Positions 20,120-29,472 are shown, numbered from the stretch's first letter. The stretch is DNA of 32,000 bases from Vibrio vulnificus CMCP6 (GCF_000039765.1 NC_004460.2:1110001-1142000); one strand, 5' to 3'. Translations and numbers: made by a program. The notes: generated by a model not told the origin, from the letters alone.

Positions 20120-21433
20120 ATGAAAAAGAATCTAAAAATTACCATTATTGGCGCAGGATCCAGTTACACGCCAGAGCTTATCGAAGGTCTTATCAAGCGC
20201 AATCATGAACTGCCTATCGGCGAGTTGTGGTTGGTCGATATTGAAGATGGCAAAGAGAAAGTCAGCATCATTGGCGATTTAACGCGCCGAATGTTGGCGA
20301 AAAACAACCTGTCTCATATTGATGTTCACGTCACGCTGGAGCGCAAACCCGCATTAAAAGACGCCGATTTTGTCTGTTCTCAATTTCGCGCGGGTTGTTT
20401 GGAAGGTCGTATCCGCGATGAACGCATCTCGCTTAAATACGGCATGATCGGTCAGGAAACCAACGGGTTAGGCGGTTTTGCTAATGCCTGTCGCACCATT
20501 CCTATCGCGCTAGAAATCTGTAAAGAGATGGAAGAATTGTGTCCTGACGCTTGGCTGTTGAACTTCACTAACCCATCGGGCATGGTGACCGAAGCGATTC
20601 TCAAACACACCAAAGTAAAAGCGGTCGGTTTATGCAACGTGCCAGTGATCATGCAAAAAGGCATCGCGCAAATGCTGGGGGCTGACGAGAAAGACTTTGT
20701 ATTGCAAGTCGCGGGTTTGAACCACTTTATCTGGGCGCGTCAGATCCTGCATGAAGGTCGCGATAAGCTGCAAGAGGTAGTCGAAGAGATCTTATCGGGC
20801 AACGATCCTCTCGTTCCGCAAAACATTCCTCCATTCGAATGGCCGCAAGAGCTGCTGCGCAATATGGGGATGATCCCGTGTGCTTACCTTCGCTATTACT
20901 ACACTAGCGAAGACATCATGAAGCAGGAAATTGAAGAAGCGAACGGCGAAGGCACACGCGGCGAAGTGGTCAAAGCGATGGAGAAACGTCTGTTCGATAT
21001 CTACCGCAACCCAGAGCTTAACGAGAAACCAAAAGAGCTCGAAAAGCGCGGTGGCCAATATTACTCAGAAGCGGCGTGTGAGCTGATGAGCTCTATCTAC
21101 AATGACAAACGCACCATCATGCACGTGAACACTCGCAACAACGGCGCGATTGCGGGCTTGCCGGACGACTGCACTGTGGAAGTCAGCTGTATGATCACCA
21201 AATCAGGGCCCGTTGCTTTGAATGTTGCGCCGTTCCCAACAGATACACTGCGCCTGATTCAATTGATGAAGGATTTTGAATCGCTCACTGTAGAAGCCGC
21301 GGTCACTGGCAACCGCAATGCGGCTCACCGAGCGTTGATTCTCAACCCATTGGTCACAACGGGAACGATTCTAGAGCAGGCATTGGAAGAGACCATTCAA
21401 GCGAACCTCGATTACATGCCGCAGTTTCGTTAA
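20120..21433 (+). CDS. 6-phospho-beta-glucosidase-type enzyme, glycoside hydrolase family 4
   Basis: ITIIGAGSSYTPELIEGL (NAD-binding), DFVCSQFRAGCLEGRIRDE, NFTNPSG, GLCNVP, GLNHF. Confidence 0.9.
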   Translation: MKKNLKITIIGAGSSYTPELIEGLIKRNHELPIGELWLVDIEDGKEKVSIIGDLTRRMLAKNNLSHIDVHVTLERKPALKDADFVCSQFRAGCLEGRIRDERISLKYGMIGQETNGLGGFANACRTIPIALEICKEMEELCPDAWLLNFTNPSGMVTEAILKHTKVKAVGLCNVPVIMQKGIAQMLGADEKDFVLQVAGLNHFIWARQILHEGRDKLQEVVEEILSGNDPLVPQNIPPFEWPQELLRNMGMIPCAYLRYYYTSEDIMKQEIEEANGEGTRGEVVKAMEKRLFDIYRNPELNEKPKELEKRGGQYYSEAACELMSSIYNDKRTIMHVNTRNNGAIAGLPDDCTVEVSCMITKSGPVALNVAPFPTDTLRLIQLMKDFESLTVEAAVTGNRNAAHRALILNPLVTTGTILEQALEETIQANLDYMPQFR

Positions 21434-21458
21434 TCCTTAAAAGTGATTCCTTAAAATA

Positions 21459-21486
21459 AAGGGGGATGGTTAGCGCCATCCCCCTT
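21459..21486. terminator. Terminator between convergent GH4 and LysE genes
   Basis: AAGGGGGATGG-TTAGCG-CCATCCCCCTT. Confidence 0.8.
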
Positions 21487-21516
21487 AAAAAATCTGACTG
21501 CAACAAGCCACTAAGC

Positions 21517-22131
21517 CTAAACCGGCTGACTCAGCATAAACACCACCACTAACGCGAGGCTGCTGCCCATGCATCGGTTTACCCACACCACCTTTTGTGG
21601 TGACTGGATAAAGCGGTTCAATACGGTGCCAAAATAGGCCCACACAAACATCCCTAACACACCGGTTCCTACCATCACGCTGATAATGATCACCACCTGA
21701 GTCAGGTAATCATTGTTTGGCGAGATAAATTGAGAGAACACCGTCAGCGATGCGACCCAACTTTTCGGATTCAAAATTTGCACCCACACTCCAGACAAAA
21801 AACCAGACTTTTTCGCATTCGAATCATTATCGATCTCCATATTGGCAATCGACCATGCCAGATACAGCAAATACGCCGCACCAACCCACTTTAGTGCCGT
21901 GTACAAATCTGGGTAAAGGGTAAACAAACTGACGAGCCCCACACTGGCACCAACCAACATGATGATCACCCCGACAGCATTGCCCAGCACAAACGGCACG
22001 GTCGCAGAAAATCCGTATCGGCTTGAAATGCCTAACAGCGCCACATTGCCCGCTCCCGGCGTCAATGAAATAGAAACGGCAAACAACAAAAACGCCGCCA
22101 ACAACTGAGCACTCATGCACTCTCTCCCCAA
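21517..22131 (-). CDS. LysE/RhtB-family amino-acid exporter
   Basis: SITPGAGNVALLGISSRYGFSATVPFVLGNAVGV...KWVGAAYLLYLAW...NPKSW motifs. Confidence 0.9.
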   Translation of the reverse strand: MGRECMSAQLLAAFLLFAVSISLTPGAGNVALLGISSRYGFSATVPFVLGNAVGVIIMLVGASVGLVSLFTLYPDLYTALKWVGAAYLLYLAWSIANMEIDNDSNAKKSGFLSGVWVQILNPKSWVASLTVFSQFISPNNDYLTQVVIIISVMVGTGVLGMFVWAYFGTVLNRFIQSPQKVVWVNRCMGSSLALVVVFMLSQPV

Positions 22132-22237
22132 AAAGTCGTGATTTAATATGAAAACAGTCTAACGATTTGGCTAGAAATAAAATTGCTATCTGCGCTACGA
22201 TAAACGCCAATTTGAGCAGACTATTTCCAAAAGTATT

Positions 22238-22720
22238 ATGAAAAAGAAAGAATCCACCAACTTCGAATTGGACAATACCGATTTCGCCATTCTTGATCAT
22301 ATTCAGAAAGATGGACGCATAAGCAATTCCAAACTCGCCGAAACCCTCAACTTGAGCGAGACACCCTGTTGGCGACGTTGGAAAAAAATGGAAGAGGAAG
22401 GCTACATTGAGGGCTACGCCGCGAAACTCAATCGCAAGAAACTCGGCTTTCAAGTTTCGGGGTTTACGCTGGTCACTCTAGGCAGCCATGAAGTGGAAAA
22501 CACCACACCTTTTGAAGACTTCGTCGCGGAAACCGACTGGATCTTAATGTGTCACTGCATTGCAGGCAGCGCAGATTACATGGTGCAAGTGGTAGCAAGA
22601 GACTTAGACGAATACTTTGACCGCATCAGTGCCATTCGCCGTGTAAAAGGCATCAGCGCCATTCAATCCAACGTCTCCGTTAAGGAAATCAAGAGCACCT
22701 TCCAGTTGCCATTGGAGTGA
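22238..22720 (+). CDS. Lrp/AsnC-family regulator
   Basis: LDNTDFAILDHIQKDGRISNSKLAETLNLSETPCWRRWKKMEEEGYI ... AGSADYMVQVVARDLDEY. Confidence 0.93.
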   Translation: MKKKESTNFELDNTDFAILDHIQKDGRISNSKLAETLNLSETPCWRRWKKMEEEGYIEGYAAKLNRKKLGFQVSGFTLVTLGSHEVENTTPFEDFVAETDWILMCHCIAGSADYMVQVVARDLDEYFDRISAIRRVKGISAIQSNVSVKEIKSTFQLPLE

Positions 22721-22743
22721 GACGACGAAGGAGACTGCGCTCG

Positions 22744-23559
22744 CTATCTCCGTCGGCCTGTCACGCGAAACTGCTGTGGGGTAACATCAAAATAGGCTTT
22801 AAATGCCTTGATGTAGGATGAGTCGTTCTGATAGCCCACTTGATCGGCAATGCTTTGAATAGAGAGTTCTTCATCTAACAAAGAGAGCGAATAGATCAGC
22901 CGAATTTGCTGTCGCCACAACTGAAACGATGTGTTGAACTCTTTGGCAAACAAGCGCGACAAAGTGCGCTCCGACGCGCCGACTTTCTCACCCCACTGTT
23001 TGAGCGACCAATCCAATGCTGGCTTGTCGGTCAACGCTTCAAATATCAGCTTTAAGCGCCGATCTTCTGGCAGCAGCAACTGAAACGTCTGCACGTTGTC
23101 TTTCATGATTTGATCATGCAGCACCGCCAGCAAGCGCGACACTTCCCCTTCACTCACAACCCCTTCGCACTGGCGGCGAATTTCCTGTAGCAGCTCATTT
23201 AAAAAAGGCGTGAGCGTAATGGTTCGCACTTGATGCTTATACTCGGTTCCAAAAGTCGGATTGAGGTAGATACCAACAAACGTGGTATGACTTAGCGCGA
23301 TAGATTCATGTTGAATGCCCGCAGGCACAAACAGCGCAGAGGTATGGGGCACAAGGTGCTGGTAGTGATCGGTTTGGGTTTGCAGAAGCCCTTTGATCGG
23401 GAAAATGACTTGATGCCAAGTATGTTGGTGCATCGCATCTATGTAACCTTTGGGCATGTCTATGGTTTTAACCAGCGCAGGTGAGTGAGGATTCGCGGCC
23501 ATCATCTCATTAGACGTCATCACACCGGAGTGAGAATCGATTTGGCGGGTTGGCATCAT
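22744..23559 (-). CDS. AraC-family regulator with cupin domain
   Basis: HQHTWHQVIFPIKG cupin motif and C-terminal SIQSIADQVGYQNDSSYIKAFKAYFDVTPQQFR. Confidence 0.9.
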   Translation of the reverse strand: MMPTRQIDSHSGVMTSNEMMAANPHSPALVKTIDMPKGYIDAMHQHTWHQVIFPIKGLLQTQTDHYQHLVPHTSALFVPAGIQHESIALSHTTFVGIYLNPTFGTEYKHQVRTITLTPFLNELLQEIRRQCEGVVSEGEVSRLLAVLHDQIMKDNVQTFQLLLPEDRRLKLIFEALTDKPALDWSLKQWGEKVGASERTLSRLFAKEFNTSFQLWRQQIRLIYSLSLLDEELSIQSIADQVGYQNDSSYIKAFKAYFDVTPQQFRVTGRRR

Positions 23560-23634
23560 TAACTGTCCTTACATCCCTACTCTGACACAAGTTCACTAGG
23601 CTATCATGCTCGGCAAAGTGAATGAAGCCGTGAG

Positions 23635-23886
23635 GTGCGACGTATGCGATATCAAGTTGAAATATCCAAAGAAAACCAGCTCTTATTCAAAGTCGATATT
23701 GATAACATCAACCCAGCCAAGTGCGAAACATCGCTCGAAACCGTATTGGCTAAGTTTCCAAAAACGGAAGGGTATCAACGCCATGTGTTGGTTTCAGATA
23801 GCGAAACACGCTACTTAAAAAGCACAGAAAAGCGCATTGAAGTACTGGCAGCGATTCCGGTATTTGCCTCATTGGGCGAGCGTTAA
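23635..23886 (+). CDS. Hypothetical small protein
   Basis: 83 aa ORF on the strand of the downstream MOSC gene; no recognised domain. Confidence 0.5.
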   Translation: MRRMRYQVEISKENQLLFKVDIDNINPAKCETSLETVLAKFPKTEGYQRHVLVSDSETRYLKSTEKRIEVLAAIPVFASLGER

Positions 23887-23931
23887 CCTCGGGTTTGTTG
23901 CCCAATCCGTTTCACGCAATAAGGAAAGAAT

Positions 23932-24621
23932 ATGAAGAAGTTAGGCGTCGTTAACAGCGTATTAGCAGGAAAAACCGTTGCCTTTGCGCATGGTACGAAA
24001 AGTGCGATTAACAAACAGGTTATCTCACAGCGTCTGCACGCAACTGAACTGGGTTTCACCAATGACGAGCAAGGCGATCCGCGCTTTCATGGCGGCATTC
24101 AAAAAGCCCTTCATATTTACCCAAGCGAGCACTACCCAGTTTGGCAGCAAGAACTGGGTAACAAAGCAATTTTCCAATCCGCTGGCGCGTTTGGTGAGAA
24201 CCTCAGTTCCAGCGGTGTGACGGAAGCGTTCATTTGTTTGAAAGATAAGATCCGCATCGGCACAACCTTGCTAGAAGTGTCGCAAGGGCGCATGCCTTGT
24301 TGGAAACTCAACGTACGCTTTGAGCAAAACGACATGGCAAGAAGGCTACAAGACACGCTTCGAACGGGTTGGTATTTCCGAGTGTTAGAAGAAGGCGATA
24401 TCGGCGCAGGTGACGAGATTATTCTGTGTGAAAGACCTTATCCACACTGGTCCCTAGCTCGCATCATGGGCGCGGTGTTTACTGGCTGCCTGGATAAAGC
24501 TGAGCTTAGCCAACTGGCAGAACTGCCATTGGTTGAATCTTGGGGCAAACTTGTCGAACGCCGCCTAGAGACCGGCGAAGTCGAAGATTGGAAAATGCGC
24601 TTAGTTGGCCCAACAGCCTAG
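23932..24621 (+). CDS. MOSC-domain protein (YiiM-like)
   Basis: GFTNDEQGDPRFHGGIQKALHIYPSEHYPVW...GAFGENLSSSGVTEAFICLKDKIRIGTTLLEVSQGRMPCWKL. Confidence 0.9.
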   Translation: MKKLGVVNSVLAGKTVAFAHGTKSAINKQVISQRLHATELGFTNDEQGDPRFHGGIQKALHIYPSEHYPVWQQELGNKAIFQSAGAFGENLSSSGVTEAFICLKDKIRIGTTLLEVSQGRMPCWKLNVRFEQNDMARRLQDTLRTGWYFRVLEEGDIGAGDEIILCERPYPHWSLARIMGAVFTGCLDKAELSQLAELPLVESWGKLVERRLETGEVEDWKMRLVGPTA

Positions 24622-24878
24622 CCAATTAGATAAACAGCAGGATGAAAGCTCGAAGCAAGCGAGCCTTCATTGATGAGGGGCCAAGGGAGAGAGACTAAAA
24701 TGTTTTTGGATAAATCTGAGCTAGCCTCACCAGCTAGCTCGAAGTTGGACAGAAACGCTTTAGGGTAGTGGCACTAAGTCGCTCTTGTCCCTGATTGAGC
24801 TGAAAATCCAAGTGATATCAAGCTCATCTTGAACAATTCAAAATAATACACTCCCGATCTGCGATTAGAAGCAGCGTG

Positions 24879-26024
24879 TCAGCAGGTTAGCTCGCCAGAC
24901 TGCCTGAATCGTTCGAAACGATCCTTTACCAAGTTGCGGTAATCCGGATACTCACTGAAGTAGCGCACAATTTCCTCTGCTTCTCTTCCTGAGTGGCACA
25001 GTTCACGCTGTACATAGGTAAATATGTTTATGAACCTTACAAGGCTGATTTCATCTACAAGAGAATCAGCTTCAGAAAATGGAACATACAAGATAGCGAT
25101 ATTACTTTTAAACTCATCTGCTGATAATAAATCTCCTTCCTTAAGGCGCTTAAATCTTGCTTTTATGGCATTGGTATCAGGGTCAACCATCCAAAGCTTG
25201 AGTTCCTTCTCGTCTAATAAAGCCTCCTGCTGATAACGACAGTAGCTTTCATCTGTACGCTGAGCAGCCAGAATATCTCTGTATAACTGTATCCACGTTA
25301 TACGATCCTTTTGGTACTTATGCTTGGCCCAGTGATTTTTTAAGCGTTTAAGGAACACCTCCATAGAAGGAACAACCAAAGTTTTACCCTGTTTTTCAGC
25401 TAGCTTTGGCAGATAATTACTCAATGTAGGAGAAGGCTGATGCGATAGCTCCATCATTAAGTCAAACAAAGCAGCCCAGTACATCACAAGTTTGATTACA
25501 TATTCAGTTACCTGTTCATTTGGCGGCTCTGGGAGTTGCAAACTATCTATAAGCAGCCAGTCTCTTACAAATTTTTGAGTTACCTCGTGGTTGTTTTTTT
25601 CATCGCTACCTTTGAGACACAAATACTCGATCTCGCAATGAGCCAGAAGGAAACTAAAAAACTCATCTAGTTCAAACCTGCCGTATTCATGATGAGCCTT
25701 TCTGAATGATGCGACCGCTACCTTCATCCCGAACCACGCACCTAAGTGCCTAAGTTCATAACCCTCGACTTCACTCAAATAACTGTCGACGTCAAATCCC
25801 TTTAGACGACATTCTGCCATCAGTTCCCGCATGAGTTTCTCTAAATCTCCGTTACGATAGTCCCTGAACATCTGCTGATCATGAGTAATGTTGGGATCTT
25901 TTTTCAGCATTCTCATTAGTTTGACGAATGCGTCGGATCCTGACTTTATATCTTTAGTTGATACCCGAAAGAATCCGGGAAGACCGTTAAATAGAATTCC
26001 TCGGTCAGAAAGTTCGGTAAACAT
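24879..26024 (-). CDS. Hypothetical protein, no recognised domain (381 aa)
   Basis: Long uninterrupted ORF with normal-looking composition; divergent from 26145 ORF. Confidence 0.7.
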   Translation of the reverse strand: MFTELSDRGILFNGLPGFFRVSTKDIKSGSDAFVKLMRMLKKDPNITHDQQMFRDYRNGDLEKLMRELMAECRLKGFDVDSYLSEVEGYELRHLGAWFGMKVAVASFRKAHHEYGRFELDEFFSFLLAHCEIEYLCLKGSDEKNNHEVTQKFVRDWLLIDSLQLPEPPNEQVTEYVIKLVMYWAALFDLMMELSHQPSPTLSNYLPKLAEKQGKTLVVPSMEVFLKRLKNHWAKHKYQKDRITWIQLYRDILAAQRTDESYCRYQQEALLDEKELKLWMVDPDTNAIKARFKRLKEGDLLSADEFKSNIAILYVPFSEADSLVDEISLVRFINIFTYVQRELCHSGREAEEIVRYFSEYPDYRNLVKDRFERFRQSGELTC

Positions 26025-26144
26025 ATTTCAGTGAAATGTCCCTTTTTACATGTCTGTACTGAGTGAGAATACCGCCTGAACAAGCGAAATAGAACCTTGC
26101 TTATCATTTTCTCTTAACAAAAACAGTAACATGAGGAAGGTATA

Positions 26145-26897
26145 ATGACGGAAAACATACTAAAAACCATACAAAGTGGCGCACAAGCACTTTCATTACT
26201 AAGTAAGGTACGTTGTGTAGAAAGCTATTCGTTTTCATCTGGAGAAAAAGCGAAAAACTTATATTCATGGCCTACAGAATTTGAAAAAGATAATATAGTT
26301 TCCAGTGTACTCGAACAAAATGGAAAAACTTTGGGGAACTACTGTAGAGTTAAATCCTATCCAGTCTCTTACACCCAGTATAAAAACTATCTACCTGTTT
26401 ATGCACCGGAAATTATCAGTATTCGAGTTTCACGCTGTCTACTGGATGTATATAAACTTCTGTTCAAAATAAACACTATCACAAAAATTACGGCGGTTTG
26501 GGACAGTGTGAAGTATCCAATGCGAACATACCCTAAATCTATGTCTGACATGGATGGTTTAAAAGAGTTTGCCGGATACCGAGATGCGATGCTTGTTTTC
26601 GATTTCGGTAACGAAAAATACAGTACAAAGCTTCCAGCATTTGCATACCGAGCATTATTGGTAGCATCAGAGGTATTTAAAACCTTTTCTATTTCTTATG
26701 ACGACAGAAGTCATTTCATTGGTAACGTCACAGATAAGGCTGGGAGAAGTAAAAGATACCTCGTACACTACGGTAATAAGGGATACCTGTTTGAAGCAAT
26801 TAATGAAACCTCTGATTCAGTCGATAAACTGGTTGGCTGTGACAAATGGGTCGAAGTTCTGAAAAAAGACGGCTGGAAGTTTTACAACGATAAGTAA
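26145..26897 (+). CDS. Hypothetical protein, no recognised domain (250 aa)
   Basis: Long ORF with AGGAAGG RBS just before the ATG at 26145. Confidence 0.72.
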   Translation: MTENILKTIQSGAQALSLLSKVRCVESYSFSSGEKAKNLYSWPTEFEKDNIVSSVLEQNGKTLGNYCRVKSYPVSYTQYKNYLPVYAPEIISIRVSRCLLDVYKLLFKINTITKITAVWDSVKYPMRTYPKSMSDMDGLKEFAGYRDAMLVFDFGNEKYSTKLPAFAYRALLVASEVFKTFSISYDDRSHFIGNVTDKAGRSKRYLVHYGNKGYLFEAINETSDSVDKLVGCDKWVEVLKKDGWKFYNDK

Positions 26898-27360
26898 TCT
26901 GGCACTGCAATGCAGCAGCCTTAATAGTTTGAGGTATTAGCATTCACTTCAAATCGAAATGGCAGTTGCAGTGACCCTTTGCAATAGGCAAGGCAATTAG
27001 ATTGCTAACACTAAATTGCTTCTGCCCCCAAGCTAGGCATCTGAGACGCCTCTGGACAAATTCGTGTTACCAATGGCGTCAGTCGTGACTCTGCACGCAT
27101 GACCCAAAGTATGGAAAAACTCTATATACATGGCCAGTTTTAGTTAATCACTACAGTAGGTTAAAAAATAGAAATAAGACGGCCTATTCGAACTAGTTGG
27201 CTAAATTAGTAAGACCCCACTTTCATAGACACTATGCTGGTTAGAAGAAGTAGGTCAAACCACCTCACTGTTCTTTGTGAGGTTGAACGTACTGGCAAGG
27301 AATGGGGCAGTAATATGTTACCGATTAACTGTTCACGATTTTCATTCCGAGCAGAGCTTA

Positions 27361-27753
27361 TTAAGCTCGCCCAAAAGCTTTGAGAAAGTTCTTGGGGTGT
27401 TGGTGAAACCTTACATGCTCAATGTGATTAACCCTCCTCTTTCCCTTAAAGGGTGGAGCAATGTATCCCCAATTAGCGCATCTTGAGAAGTATATTACGT
27501 AGTCAATCTGTGCATCCTGCCATTGGTCGGTAACAACGGTGTTTTCATCGAAGCACTCTACCGACTTTACTTGAATGCGGTAGAATTTGCTCCCGTCAGA
27601 AATAAGTACATCTGTCTTCATACCATGATCGATCATGGGCATAAAGACTTCCCAGCCGTCTTGTAATAGCCAGCTTGCTAATAGGGTTTCGTAAGAGACA
27701 CTTTTATAGTGCTTTTTTGCTTCTGAAGAAGAGTGAAGTGTTTTTAAAGGCAT
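27361..27753 (-). CDS. PD-(D/E)XK nuclease-like protein (group I intron-associated endonuclease-like)
   Basis: SYETLLASWLLQDGWEVFMPMIDHGMKTDVLISDGSKFYRIQVKSVE shows E...D-V-L-I...I-Q-V-K-S spacing; AGGAT RBS upstream of the start on the minus strand. Confidence 0.65.
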   Translation of the reverse strand: MPLKTLHSSSEAKKHYKSVSYETLLASWLLQDGWEVFMPMIDHGMKTDVLISDGSKFYRIQVKSVECFDENTVVTDQWQDAQIDYVIYFSRCANWGYIAPPFKGKRRVNHIEHVRFHQHPKNFLKAFGRA

Positions 27754-28324
27754 ATTAATATCCTAATTACATGCTGGTTGTCTTTTTAGCTCTAGACGTC
27801 CAGCGAAGCTTCCCTTAGGGATAACTTCAATTAGGATTCACAATGGCTCTTTAGAGGTCTCATCAACTAGCAACAGGAGCTACCCCTAGTCTTCTACCTA
27901 CTTGGTTACCTTGACTATTAATACTAGTGTTCACGTTCTGTGAGTGAATCGGTTGGTTTTTAAACACGATATACAAAGATCGTAAATTCGTCAATTCAAC
28001 TGATGGCAAGAAACCTTGATTAGACATGATTAAGAACAAGAACCTCGTTCAGTAGGCACTACACTAACTAGAAAAAGTAGGGAGCAAACTCATGCGTCAA
28101 GTATGACAGAATAGCGTGCTAGCTTGGAATGGGGCAGAAACACTCTAGTGTACTCACCCAAAACCACTAACAACGCCATTCTCCACAGATCCAAGACACC
28201 GCAATCACTTGCGCTAAAGTTCTATCCTTTGAGCTTACTAACATAACCAACAATAAATAATCGCTACACTCTGCCCCGTTTCATCTTCGTTTGTTTTACC
28301 TTGTTATCCTCTTGGAGAAATCGA

Positions 28325-29335
28325 GTGGCAACCATGAAAGACGTCGCGGACTTAGCCGGTGTATCCACGGCAACCGTCTCGCGTGTTATCAATCGCACCA
28401 GTTATGTTGAGCCTGTGACGCAAGAACGCGTTGAACGCGCCATTAAAGCGCTCAACTACCGCCGAGATGCGCGCGCAACGGCACTGGCGAATCGCAGCAA
28501 TAACACGCTCGGTTTATTAACTGGTAATTTAGCCGATCCCTTCTTCGCTCTCATCGCCAAAAGCGTTGAAGAAGTTGCTCGTGCCAATGGTTGCCAGTTG
28601 GTCGTAGTCAGTGGCGGACACAACGCGCAACGAGAAAAAGAAGGGATCGACTTTCTCATTAGCCAAGGTTGTGAGGCAATGGTCGTGCACTCAAAGATGC
28701 TCGATGACACCACGCTGATGCAATACGCTGCGCAGCTTCCAGCGATGGTATTGCTCAACCGCACCATTGCACAAATTTCCAATCGATCAGTTTGGGTAGA
28801 CAACCGAGCTGGGGCACGAAAATCAGTTGAGTATTTGATTGAGCAAGGTCATCGCAAGATCGCGTGCATCACCAGTGACTTGCCGATTGAAGATCGCACA
28901 GATCGATTGGCTGGCTATCGAGATGCCATGAATGCCGCCAACTTAGCCATCCCAACAGGCTGGGTGATTAACCAAAACTTCAGCGAATCTGGCGGTGAAG
29001 AAGCGGGACGACAGCTTATCCAAGCTTGCCCGGGCGTCACTGCGGTGGTGACGTTTAATGATGTAATGGCAGCTGGTTTAATGGCGAGTTTGCATGAACA
29101 AGGATTGTCGGTTCCCGAGGATATTTCCGTGGTCGGCTTTGATGATGTGTTGCTTGCACGCTACCTCTATCCACGGTTGAGCACCATGCATAACCCGATT
29201 GATGAAATGTCGACTTATGCGGCGAAACTGGCGCTAAATTTGCGTAAAGATGGCTATTCTCCGCCGAGTTCGCATCAGTTCGAAGCGAGTTTAGTTTGTC
29301 GCCAAACGGTCAAAGCAATACAAAAGAACGGCTAA
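28325..29335 (+). CDS. LacI/GalR-family transcriptional regulator
   Basis: MATMKDVADLAGVSTATVSRVINRTSYVEPVTQERVERAIKALNYRRDARA. GGAG RBS 8 nt upstream of GTG 28325 (28334 ATG alternative). Confidence 0.92.
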   Translation: MATMKDVADLAGVSTATVSRVINRTSYVEPVTQERVERAIKALNYRRDARATALANRSNNTLGLLTGNLADPFFALIAKSVEEVARANGCQLVVVSGGHNAQREKEGIDFLISQGCEAMVVHSKMLDDTTLMQYAAQLPAMVLLNRTIAQISNRSVWVDNRAGARKSVEYLIEQGHRKIACITSDLPIEDRTDRLAGYRDAMNAANLAIPTGWVINQNFSESGGEEAGRQLIQACPGVTAVVTFNDVMAAGLMASLHEQGLSVPEDISVVGFDDVLLARYLYPRLSTMHNPIDEMSTYAAKLALNLRKDGYSPPSSHQFEASLVCRQTVKAIQKNG

Positions 29336-29365
29336 AATTGTGATGAATTTGGCATTCGCGCACCC

Positions 29366-29383
29366 CATGTAAGCGCTTACATG
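29366..29383. promoter_or_regulatory. Perfect 18-bp palindrome, putative LacI-family operator
   Basis: CATGTAAGCGCTTACATG, self-complementary with a central CG, between lacI-like and nhaC-like genes. Confidence 0.8.
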
Positions 29384-29472
29384 AAAACAACACACCGCTC
29401 TCATTTTGCCTATTACACGACCGTTACTATCCACTGCGAACAAACCCTACATCGATCCTGAGGATAAATAAC

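Noticed and set aside
21827-22453. Minus-strand ORF of 208 aa
   Set aside because: Overlaps both the LysE gene and the Lrp gene, each with clear family motifs; composition is shadow-like.
24642-24670. Hairpin ATGAAAGCTCG-AAGCAAG-CGAGCCTTCAT after the MOSC gene
   Set aside because: One stem mismatch and no U-tract, so not confident enough to call as a terminator.
27277-27486. Plus-strand 69-aa ORF in the accessory segment
   Set aside because: Partly antisense to the PD-(D/E)XK-like ORF and has no motif; kept out of the feature list.
24672-28300. Integron-cassette (attC/VCR) interpretation of the accessory segment
   Set aside because: I saw no repeated VCR-like sites or TAACAA...GCGTTA pairs around the ORFs, and gene orientation is mixed.
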